A stretch of DNA of 64,000 nucleotides from a virus. Below are positions 29,506-38,220 of the stretch, piece after piece; positions within the stretch are counted from its first letter, which is position 1, and each line of letters starts with the position of its first letter. The notes beneath the pieces are model-generated. The model was not told the origin of the DNA, did no database searches, and saw only the letters and a list, made by a program, of their open reading frames with translations. A program made the translations under genes and the position numbers. Location of the stretch: the IMG/VR virus record IMGVR_UViG_3300008117_000018, positions 32,001 to 96,000 of that record, one strand, 5' to 3'.

Positions 29506-31644
29506 TTATTTTAATCCAAACCAATTTCCATTATTTCCAACACTTCCTTTAGAACGATTTAAAAATTGTCTTCTAACCTTAAGAACTTGACCATAGTCAA
29601 CACCCTCGACATAGTCAACGTTCTTTAAACAATCATTAATATAGTTAGTCATTGATTTATCCATGTGCCTTGACATCCAGTCCTCACACATTTCCTTGAA
29701 CTCATTTTTACCAAAAAAAGATGTTGTGTTTACAATAGTCATAACTGTGTCATCATGACCGACATCGGCTGCATATTTTATATTACCAGCGTTTGTAGTA
29801 TGTTTAACAAAAGTAGTAATTTCTCTAATTGTATCTTCATTATTAATATAGAAAGATTTCGATGTCATCAAGTCTTGGTAATCTTTTACTAATAAATTTT
29901 TATTTTCTCCAACCTTTAATCCTATTTTTTCTTCGTTAGAGTCTGCTCTGTGTTTATATCTTACAAATACAGATGAGCCATAATTATTATTACCATCAAA
30001 AACTTGTGGCATCTCGGCTAATAATGTATTACCATAATTATTTAATTCTAATACAACTTTACAATTTTCCGGATTCAAATATTCAAAAACTAGAAGGTAT
30101 AATAACTCGGCTAATTGTTTTACAGAAACTAAATTACTTCTATATATTCCAACTTGTTCTAATCTAAAAAAATCAACTAAGGATTTATAAGAATTTTTTT
30201 GAGATTCTATTGTGTCTTTGGTTTTACTATTTAATTTAAAAATATTAATAACTGAATAATCTTGTCCCAGACCCTCTGAGATATCGACCGAGATTACAAA
30301 TCTATACTCCTTTCTTCTTAGTGGAATATAAACGTCATCGTCGTCTATCCAGATTAAATCTTTATAACTAAATTTTATCTTTCTTTCAAACTCAGACAAT
30401 TCTTCCCATTCATAATTTCTTTTATTATTAGTAAGATCATTAATTATAGCCTCATTTAATAATGATTTAGAAGCATTAATAAATCTAAGTCCATATTCCT
30501 GGTTAAAAGCATCCTCTCCACCAATATCCTTTATCGCCTCTTCTTTCCATGTAGTTATCTCAGCTAATGATAATAGAGGTATTTCATAATCTTTATCATT
30601 TTTCAACGTAAAAGTCTTAATTTCTTGATCTGAACAAGCATCATTATTATAAATGGATATAACATCTTTTTGTAAGTCAGTATTCCAATACATCTCTACT
30701 TTGGTGAGATGACCCCATTTAGATTTAATAATATCAAAAACATCTTCTTTTTTCAAACCATTATCAAATAACTGATGATTATTTAATCTTACATAAGTTA
30801 CAAATCTACCCGGCACTTGATACCAGTATACCCTCATTGGTTTATAGTTGTTTTTTAATGGATCACCCTGAGGTCTCTCAGCATCTGTAAGTAATTTATG
30901 AAACAAATTCATACCATTTGGAGTTGATGTAATTATAATTTTAGAATTTTGAACAGCGGCTGTTGTAGGAAATGCAGCGGTGTAATATGGCTCTATTATA
31001 TTAGATGGTATATGGGCAAACTCATCTAAGTAAAGCACATCTATTGTAAAACCAATAGCAGGTGTTTTAGTTCTAGCAGATGTTTTGATTCGACAACCAT
31101 TCTCAAATGTCAGCGATTTTTGATTCCAAGTTTTTATACCTGGTTTTAAAAAAAATGGTAGTAGTGAATAAATTGACTTTATCTTATCAACAATTTCAAC
31201 AGCAGTATCACCTTTATTAGCAACTATCATTATGTTTTTATCGTTATCAAATAAAATTTTATGCAACATGAAAATTGCAGAAGATATTGTTTTACCAACC
31301 TGCCTTGATGCCATTAATATATTAAATCTATTATTAATAAAATTATCAAGTATCTCTTTTTGATAATCTCTTAAAAGTATATTACCTATACTACCATCTT
31401 CTCTTTTTACTTTACAATATTTCTCAACAAAATAATGCACATCTAATGCACATCTAACATATTCCTGTTGCTCATCTGGTGTCATTCTGAAAGTCACACC
31501 TGATCTTCTTAATCCAACTTCACTTTTCAACCAAGGATTTTGATATCGCTTTACAACAATACCATCATTTATTTTATCTGTTGCCTCATCTACTAATTTA
31601 GTAGTAAATATCATTTGTTTTTCTTGAGCTTCATTAAAAGCCAT
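29506..31644 (-). CDS. gp17: Terminase large subunit (T4 gp17-like)
   Basis: LRDYQ, ASRQVGKT, LYLDEFAH, ITSTPNG, FNQEYG, VDISEGLGQDYS, GHDDTVM. Confidence 0.95.
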   Translation of the reverse strand: MAFNEAQEKQMIFTTKLVDEATDKINDGIVVKRYQNPWLKSEVGLRRSGVTFRMTPDEQQEYVRCALDVHYFVEKYCKVKREDGSIGNILLRDYQKEILDNFINNRFNILMASRQVGKTISSAIFMLHKILFDNDKNIMIVANKGDTAVEIVDKIKSIYSLLPFFLKPGIKTWNQKSLTFENGCRIKTSARTKTPAIGFTIDVLYLDEFAHIPSNIIEPYYTAAFPTTAAVQNSKIIITSTPNGMNLFHKLLTDAERPQGDPLKNNYKPMRVYWYQVPGRFVTYVRLNNHQLFDNGLKKEDVFDIIKSKWGHLTKVEMYWNTDLQKDVISIYNNDACSDQEIKTFTLKNDKDYEIPLLSLAEITTWKEEAIKDIGGEDAFNQEYGLRFINASKSLLNEAIINDLTNNKRNYEWEELSEFERKIKFSYKDLIWIDDDDVYIPLRRKEYRFVISVDISEGLGQDYSVINIFKLNSKTKDTIESQKNSYKSLVDFFRLEQVGIYRSNLVSVKQLAELLYLLVFEYLNPENCKVVLELNNYGNTLLAEMPQVFDGNNNYGSSVFVRYKHRADSNEEKIGLKVGENKNLLVKDYQDLMTSKSFYINNEDTIREITTFVKHTTNAGNIKYAADVGHDDTVMTIVNTTSFFGKNEFKEMCEDWMSRHMDKSMTNYINDCLKNVDYVEGVDYGQVLKVRRQFLNRSKGSVGNNGNWFGLK

Positions 31645-31688
31645 ACAGAGAAGTTATTTTTTATATATATTGCAAAAACCGAATCTCT

Positions 31689-32333
31689 ATGTCTAAATCA
31701 GAAAATGAAAGAAATAGAATTAAAGACGAATTTGACCAAATTCAATCAGAAGGTGGTGATTTTGATATATCAAAGCATTTAGCATCACCGGATGATTTAC
31801 CGGATCTAGGCGAAATTGAAATATATGACTACGATTCGGACTTAACAGCCTCTTCACATCAGTCAATGGATGTATTAGAATCTCTTGTAGATTTGTATCT
31901 CAGTGATGTACCTCAACTAAAAGAACATCCTTACATAAAAAATAAAATGAAAGAAGACGCAACAGTCTACGCTGAGGCTATTTTTTTATCTAAAATGACG
32001 AGAAAAAACTTTTTAAATCAACTAAGACAAGTTGATAATGGTGATAATTCAGCCAGAATGCATGAAGTTGTCAATCAAACCATAGGACAAATTAGAGAAA
32101 ATTCTAAATTTTTATCAGGACAAAGAACCGAATTAGAAAAATTCTATAAAACATTAAGAAAGGATTTAGGATTAAATGACATAGAAAATCCAGAAGTAAT
32201 AAAATCACAAAATATTACCGAGGAGAACAACCCAGAAAACCAAAATGGTGAGATTTTTGACAACAGAAAGTTAAACGATTTAATAAAATCAGCAATGATA
32301 GCAAAAGATCAAGATAACAAAAAGAAAGACTAA
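31689..32333 (+). CDS. Helical protein divergent from TerL; terminase small subunit candidate
   Basis: Shares a palindromic late box with TerL; ARMHEVV motif resembles the gp16 PRxxEV helix. Confidence 0.45.
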   Translation: MSKSENERNRIKDEFDQIQSEGGDFDISKHLASPDDLPDLGEIEIYDYDSDLTASSHQSMDVLESLVDLYLSDVPQLKEHPYIKNKMKEDATVYAEAIFLSKMTRKNFLNQLRQVDNGDNSARMHEVVNQTIGQIRENSKFLSGQRTELEKFYKTLRKDLGLNDIENPEVIKSQNITEENNPENQNGEIFDNRKLNDLIKSAMIAKDQDNKKKD

Positions 32334-33181
32334 TACCTGTATTTAAAACTCTCAAACGTTTTTACTATGTTTGAAAATTTTATTGGGACTTTTGTTTCTT
32401 GAATAGGATTTGCGAGATTGTGTGTGACTTGTTTTACAAAAATAAAATGTTCCTGTGATTTCAAATCACTTTTTATGACTGAAACTAAATCTTTATCTGT
32501 GTTTGAAATTAAAAAATCAAACATTTGAGCAGAATTTTTAGCCAATTCTATAACCTTGACCTCATCATCATAAAAATAAACATTTTGATATTTTTTTATG
32601 TCTTCTTCTATAAATTTATTATCATCTGTTTTTTTTCCTATCAAATGTTGTATCAATAATCTAACTTTTTTATGAGTGATATAATCAGTGTCTCTATTAT
32701 AAAAAGTCTCTGATAGATAATAGAATTTTTCTATTTTTAGACCAAGTTCAGATAATTTTACATTCAATTTTTTTATTATAGGTAAATAGTTATTTTCTGA
32801 ATTCTTTGAACATATCACATAAATATCATCGTTTGTATTCTTTAGATGTTGAAAATTATGTAATAATATAGAATGTTCTAAGTTATCAATTATTTCAGAA
32901 TTCATGAACTCCTGCATTGAAAATGCCAAACTTGTAATATCAACTCTATGGTTCTTACACTTTATTTTAATATCATTATATAAATTTTCAGGTAACCAAT
33001 AGTCTATATTTGAAATCTTTAAAGGTGTATTATATTTTCTATAAACTCCTTTTTTTATAAGGTTGAACTCTGAAGTAGTAATTTTTATTATAGGATACTT
33101 AGGATTTGTTTTACTAACAATCCAAACATCACTTTTAACTGATATTAAAACATCTAAATCAAAAAAATGTGCTGATTTCAT
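32330..33181 (-). CDS. HAD-like hypothetical protein
   Basis: HFFDLDVL and YFYDDE motifs. Confidence 0.5.
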   Translation of the reverse strand: MKSAHFFDLDVLISVKSDVWIVSKTNPKYPIIKITTSEFNLIKKGVYRKYNTPLKISNIDYWLPENLYNDIKIKCKNHRVDITSLAFSMQEFMNSEIIDNLEHSILLHNFQHLKNTNDDIYVICSKNSENNYLPIIKKLNVKLSELGLKIEKFYYLSETFYNRDTDYITHKKVRLLIQHLIGKKTDDNKFIEEDIKKYQNVYFYDDEVKVIELAKNSAQMFDFLISNTDKDLVSVIKSDLKSQEHFIFVKQVTHNLANPIQETKVPIKFSNIVKTFESFKYRY

Positions 33182-33429
33182 GACTTATAATTAGTTACTC
33201 TATATTTTATTGGAAATGGACCACTAGCAAATGGATCATCTTCATATTGTCTTTCTTCCCACGAAACACCACCACTTAACTCTGTATTAAAACTTTTACA
33301 TTTAGGACAATAGGGTGGTTCAATTTTTACTATCTCACCGGTCTCATCACTTTCAACCATATCATTTTCTGTAAAATAAAATTGAGCTTTACACCAAGCA
33401 TTTTGACAAATTTTAGGTATCATTTCCAT
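33178..33429 (-). CDS. Small Zn-ribbon protein; start revised to 33429
   Basis: CQNAWC...CPKC; late box 4 nt upstream of ATG 33429. Confidence 0.65.
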   Translation of the reverse strand: MEMIPKICQNAWCKAQFYFTENDMVESDETGEIVKIEPPYCPKCKSFNTELSGGVSWEERQYEDDPFASGPFPIKYRVTNYKS

Positions 33430-33457
33430 AATGTATATATAAAAAAAATTAGTTACT

Positions 33458-33486
33458 AAAAAGCCTCTCAAACGAGAGGCTTTTTT
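33458..33486. terminator. Intrinsic terminator
   Basis: AAAAAGCCTCTC-aaac-GAGAGGCTTTTT. Confidence 0.8.
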
Positions 33487-33940
33487 ATCTTATTAAGTTT
33501 TTACTTACCGCAAAATCATAAAGTATAGGCAAATTCAAATATTTTATAAAATTGTCTCTTATCTCATATAATTTTTTTGATCTTTTTATAGTGTTAACTA
33601 TTATAAAACCAAACTCTTCTTGAAAATCTAAATAAGCCTCACACCATGGTCTGTTATAATGTTCTAAAACTCTCCATTCATTATAACCACCAGTCAACCA
33701 AAATAAACTTTTTTCTGGTATTATGTCTTCAATATTCACATCTTGTATTTCTAAATTCCAGATATCACTTTTAAAATCAACTTCTCTCATCATTATTGCC
33801 ACGGCCTCTGCTAAATCCTGCGTCATCTCTTTACCAATTTCAAAGAAAAAAACAGAATTATTTTTACTTACTTTTACTTTACCATCAGAAAAAATTGTTT
33901 TTGATGGGTCGTTTTCAAGTAATAACTTTTTCTTCTTCAT
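33485..33940 (-). CDS. Hypothetical protein
   Basis: ORF in the minus-strand operon. Confidence 0.65.
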   Translation of the reverse strand: MKKKKLLLENDPSKTIFSDGKVKVSKNNSVFFFEIGKEMTQDLAEAVAIMMREVDFKSDIWNLEIQDVNIEDIIPEKSLFWLTGGYNEWRVLEHYNRPWCEAYLDFQEEFGFIIVNTIKRSKKLYEIRDNFIKYLNLPILYDFAVSKNLIR

Positions 33941-33949
33941 AACAAATTA

Positions 33950-34243
33950 TTATTTTTTGTTTAGTCTAATACCACTATTCCATACACCATTAAAATAGCC
34001 GTCTTCAAAAATTCCATTCAACCAATTACCATAAAATCCACCATTTTTAAATATACCATATAACCAATCCCCATTCATAAAAATACCCTCATGCCAAATC
34101 AGTGTGTTATTATGAATTTCAACTATAGCCTTATCGACCTCAGCATCTATTAACCAATAAAATTTCAGTGACTTTAGTATATTTATGATTTCTCTTTGGT
34201 TAGTATAAGTTTTTCCATTATACTTTAATTCTAAAAATTCCAT
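33950..34243 (-). CDS. Small protein with G-x-(W/F)-x-x pentapeptide-like repeats; start at MEFLELK
   Basis: WHEGIFMNGDWLYGIFKNGGFYGNWLNGIFEDGYFNGVWNSG. Confidence 0.7.
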   Translation of the reverse strand: MEFLELKYNGKTYTNQREIINILKSLKFYWLIDAEVDKAIVEIHNNTLIWHEGIFMNGDWLYGIFKNGGFYGNWLNGIFEDGYFNGVWNSGIRLNKK

Positions 34244-34352
34244 AATAAATAATAAATTATAAGTTATATATTCTGTAATTTTTATCAAATATTTGTTAGG
34301 TGTGGATTTTTTAAAAAATTCAAAGATTTATTAAAAAAAAATTATTTTAAAT

Positions 34353-34382
34353 AAAAAAAACCGAGTTTTTACTCGGTTTTTT
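34353..34382. terminator. Intrinsic terminator
   Basis: AAAAAACCGAGT-tttt-ACTCGGTTTTTT. Confidence 0.8.
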
Positions 34383-34388
34383 ACAATT

Positions 34389-34757
34389 TTATAATTTTGA
34401 AAATTCGTCTAAAAATTCTCTTTCTTCTTTCACCAAAGAACTCATACCATATTTATGTATTTTATCAAGTATTTTATCCACATCTAATTCAATAGAAATA
34501 TTTGAATCAATCTCAACAACACAATTTGGAATTGAAAGAAAAACACTATCAACAACGTCAGTAAAGTGAACCTTTTGTTTATCGCTATTAAATGTGTAAG
34601 CAAATAATTTATGAGAATCTAAATCTATAAAAATCTTATGTAGATTATATTTAGTTCTTTTTTCTAAAATCTCTTCAAAAATTAAGCTGTATTTATCACA
34701 GATAAGTTTAAGATCTTGATTTTTTGTGATTGAATAGTCTATACAAATTATGTTCAT
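34389..34757 (-). CDS. Early protein with C-terminal DUF6576-like motif
   Basis: LDVDKILDKIHKYGMSSLVKEEREFL. Confidence 0.7.
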   Translation of the reverse strand: MNIICIDYSITKNQDLKLICDKYSLIFEEILEKRTKYNLHKIFIDLDSHKLFAYTFNSDKQKVHFTDVVDSVFLSIPNCVVEIDSNISIELDVDKILDKIHKYGMSSLVKEEREFLDEFSKL

Positions 34758-34776
34758 AGTGGTAATTTTTATAATA

Positions 34777-34807
34777 CAAATATAAGGCTTATTTAAAAAT
34801 AAACAAA
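34777..34807 (-). promoter_or_regulatory. Bacteroidota sigma70-type (-33/-7) early promoter
   Basis: Minus strand TTTG-N19-TATATTTG. Confidence 0.7.
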
Positions 34808-34877
34808 TATTTTATTGAAAATTTTTTAGAAATAGATGTTTTAGATTTAATATATACCTAAAAAATTACTTTTTAGA

Positions 34878-37607
34878 ATGAAATATCTAAATAACAGAGA
34901 CGAATTTCTCAATGCTATAAAAACAGTAAAATATGAAGATTTTAAACTAAATGAGTCTGTTGACATGACTAACTCTGGTCCATTTAGTAATGATGTGCCT
35001 TGGGGTGATACATTAGTCGGAAGATTAGTTAATGCAATAAGGAGAAAAATAGGTATTGGAGTTAATATAGTTCGAATACAACCATTAATAAGAAGGTTAA
35101 AAACAGAATTTGACAATATTATTGAATATTCGCTTGTAGGTGAGTTATCCGAGGAAGATAAGAAAAAAATGGTAATGATAATTATCTGTACTATAATAAG
35201 AGATATTAAACTTGCGATTATAGATAGTGCTTCAACAGGAGATGATTCTGATGAGTTAGCAGATATAGCCAACTTTGAGATTTCTGATGATAAAATGACA
35301 CCAATAAAAGACGAAGACTATCTAAAAGAAGTCGATAGTATAATCACCGAAGTAATTATTCTTATACAGGATATTTCTGTTGAAATCGGTGTTGAAATAG
35401 ACAATCAAGATGAGTTGATAAAAATATTACAGGAACTTCAAAAACAAGTCAAAGAAATGAAGAAGAAGTTCAAAGAAGAAGAAGAAGGCGCGCAAAAAGA
35501 TGAAGAGGATAAAGAAAATAAAGACAACTCAAAATCCAAGTCTTACAACGAAAACTTTAAATCAGTTGCTCAGCTAATGATTCAATATAAATCAGCCAAA
35601 GACAAACAAGCGGAATTATACAAAGGTAAAAATATATTGGCTGGAAAAGAAGTGGCTGGAAAAGAAGTGGCTGGAAAAGAAGTGGCTGGAAAAGAAGTTG
35701 GTCCAGGCTCTGAATTAGGTAAGTCAAACAAAGAAGTGACTGCTGAGGTAGATAATAAAAATCTTTCTAGAGTAACAGATTCTTTTTTATTCGAGGCAAA
35801 CCAACAATCACCCGTGCTTTTACAATTAAAAAAGACATATGACACATTTATACAAATAGAACCGGATACTATAAAAAGTCTGGAATCTTACTTAAAAATG
35901 AGTGAAGAAAATCAGTTAGCATCAAAATTCTCTGGCGCTTTAGATAGAATCTATACTCAAATTAGAAAAAAACAAGGAATATCAGAAAGAATTTTAATTA
36001 AAGAGGACATAAATGTATTGTTATCTAATGATACAAAAATAGCCGATTCAATTAACAATTTATATAATGTATCAAAACAAAAACCAGACGGTTCTTTTGA
36101 TGGTATAAGTCCAGAAATGAAATCAGCATTAGTAAGTTTCAATACAACAATGAAGAATATTCTATCAAGTGAAAAAACAAAAGATACTTCAGATGAAGAC
36201 AAAGAAGAGGTAAATAAAAATATCTCTGATGTAATGGACTCTTTTAGTTCTAGAAAATTAATGAGATATAATAGCTTCAGAAAAATAAATGAAGCAGATG
36301 ACAATACGAGTAAGGGAGATGATAATAAAGCTCAGAAACTTGAAGATGTTGAGTTTGTAACTATTTCTAATCAAAAATCTATACTATCCGCATATTGGAC
36401 AGAAATTTATGAATCTAAAATATCTAAAATCTTAGTTACAGAACAAAAATACAAAGAACTTAAAAAAGAGGTTGTTAAAATAAATGTTGAAGTCAAAACA
36501 GCATTAACACTGGATGGAATGGATCCAATTATCTCAGTATTGAAGTTATTTAACCGAGCTTACAAATTATACACAGTAAATTCTATACCAGGTGGAAGAA
36601 CGGGTGGTAAAATTTCAAGAGGTGTTTCAAATGAGTACACACCTGTTGGTGGGGGTAGCTTTGGTTCTGGTGAAAATTTGTCAGGTACTAATGGACCATA
36701 CAGAAACAATAGAATATTTAATATGTGGGAAAATGCAGTTTTAGACATAACTAGAGATAGAAAATATCAACCGATTTTTTCAAAGAAAACTAAAATAAGA
36801 GTAGGTGATGAATTAAAAGAAGCAGCTGGTCCTATTTTTCTAAAACTAATAAATGATTTGTTAGATGGTTCTAAGCTCTATGGACAAGGACAAACAGGTA
36901 AAGGCGCACAGCATGAATTCATTGAAAAATACTTTGGTACTGAATCCGCTGGTGAAATAAAGCCTGAAGCTATATCACCTGGTGGTGCAGAGGAGACTAA
37001 GCAGACTCAAGAAATAGCAGAAAAAGTAAAATCTACTCAATTAAGTTTTGAAGATAAAGAATTCGAAATCAAAAATGTTGGTGATTTGAAAAGAACTATA
37101 ATTAAACTAGAAGTTGACATGATACCTAAAGATGGTCTATCTGATGAAGAAAAAGAAAAATTAAAAGAAAATAAAGAATTTACAACAGAAAAAAGATATT
37201 TCCTAATCTTAGAAGGGAATAATGATTTGTTGTATGTTATCCACTCAAGCACATTCTTCAACATATTGAAGTATATCAGAAATGATTTTGAGAAAAAAGG
37301 TGGTGAAGTGACATTCAAAGACTCATCATTATTGGCTGAACTTGATAGAGATGTATATCTTATGAGAATGAAACCACAAAACTTCAATAAAATGATAAGA
37401 AAAGGAACGATTGTAAATCTTGTAGGATTAAAATCTGACAGCACATCAAGCATTGATTTAGGAAAACAAAAAACTATTTCGAGAAAATGGCTTTGTCAAG
37501 ACGAAGAAAAAAATAAGTATTTGCTAGAAAACTACAGCTATAAAAACGCAAAAGGTTTCGCAACAGATAGACTAGCATCAAATACGAGAGAAAGTACAAT
37601 TGTATAA
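34878..37607 (+). CDS. Large putative internal/ejection protein (909 aa)
   Basis: Late box at 34846-56; MKYL N-terminus; internal KLNES, FLFEA, KINEA sites; AGKEV x4 repeat at about 35640-35700. Confidence 0.65.
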   Translation: MKYLNNRDEFLNAIKTVKYEDFKLNESVDMTNSGPFSNDVPWGDTLVGRLVNAIRRKIGIGVNIVRIQPLIRRLKTEFDNIIEYSLVGELSEEDKKKMVMIIICTIIRDIKLAIIDSASTGDDSDELADIANFEISDDKMTPIKDEDYLKEVDSIITEVIILIQDISVEIGVEIDNQDELIKILQELQKQVKEMKKKFKEEEEGAQKDEEDKENKDNSKSKSYNENFKSVAQLMIQYKSAKDKQAELYKGKNILAGKEVAGKEVAGKEVAGKEVGPGSELGKSNKEVTAEVDNKNLSRVTDSFLFEANQQSPVLLQLKKTYDTFIQIEPDTIKSLESYLKMSEENQLASKFSGALDRIYTQIRKKQGISERILIKEDINVLLSNDTKIADSINNLYNVSKQKPDGSFDGISPEMKSALVSFNTTMKNILSSEKTKDTSDEDKEEVNKNISDVMDSFSSRKLMRYNSFRKINEADDNTSKGDDNKAQKLEDVEFVTISNQKSILSAYWTEIYESKISKILVTEQKYKELKKEVVKINVEVKTALTLDGMDPIISVLKLFNRAYKLYTVNSIPGGRTGGKISRGVSNEYTPVGGGSFGSGENLSGTNGPYRNNRIFNMWENAVLDITRDRKYQPIFSKKTKIRVGDELKEAAGPIFLKLINDLLDGSKLYGQGQTGKGAQHEFIEKYFGTESAGEIKPEAISPGGAEETKQTQEIAEKVKSTQLSFEDKEFEIKNVGDLKRTIIKLEVDMIPKDGLSDEEKEKLKENKEFTTEKRYFLILEGNNDLLYVIHSSTFFNILKYIRNDFEKKGGEVTFKDSSLLAELDRDVYLMRMKPQNFNKMIRKGTIVNLVGLKSDSTSSIDLGKQKTISRKWLCQDEEKNKYLLENYSYKNAKGFATDRLASNTRESTIV

Positions 37608-38161
37608 TGAAATATTTGAAAAAATATCAACTCTTTTTAGAAGAAGATGAGTTTGAAATTAAAGACACAGATAAAGAAGATGTAAAATTATCAAAAGATA
37701 AACTTAATCTTTTGAAAAAACATCTTACTGAATATCAGTCAAAAAAACAAGCAATTGATGAAGTCTATAAAAACTCTCAAAATTTAGAAGAGACAGGTGA
37801 AAAGATTAAAACAATTTTAGGTGAAGAATCAGAAGAGAGAAATCCATTTTTAGTAGATTATAACAACATTGCAAGAATAACCAAAGAAATTGATATTATT
37901 CATAAAGAGTTAGTTCAAGATAAATTAAGAGCAGATGACTTTAGAGAAGAATCAACTTTAGTGAAAGACTCAGAGACTAAAGCCGCAATTGTTGGTAAAC
38001 TAACAGATGTTCAGAATAGAATAGCGGAAAAAAACAAAAAAATTGTTGATAAACAAAAAGAAATACAAGAGCTAACTACCGAACATCAGGAAAAAATGTC
38101 TCAAATGAAAGAGGATATGGAAGAATATATCAAAAAAATATCCGAAACAGAGAAAAAATAG
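37607..38161 (+). CDS. Coiled-coil protein (MKYLKKYQLFLEE N-terminus)
   Basis: ORF coupled to the 909-aa gene. Confidence 0.7.
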   Translation: MKYLKKYQLFLEEDEFEIKDTDKEDVKLSKDKLNLLKKHLTEYQSKKQAIDEVYKNSQNLEETGEKIKTILGEESEERNPFLVDYNNIARITKEIDIIHKELVQDKLRADDFREESTLVKDSETKAAIVGKLTDVQNRIAEKNKKIVDKQKEIQELTTEHQEKMSQMKEDMEEYIKKISETEKK

Positions 38162-38220
38162 AAAAAATATCATTTTAAAAGTTTTATATATACTTTAAAT
38201 TAAAAAATTAAAATAACAAT

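Noticed and set aside
29506-31644. Intein or intron in TerL
   Set aside because: The ORF is continuous and the insertion lacks splicing or homing-endonuclease motifs.
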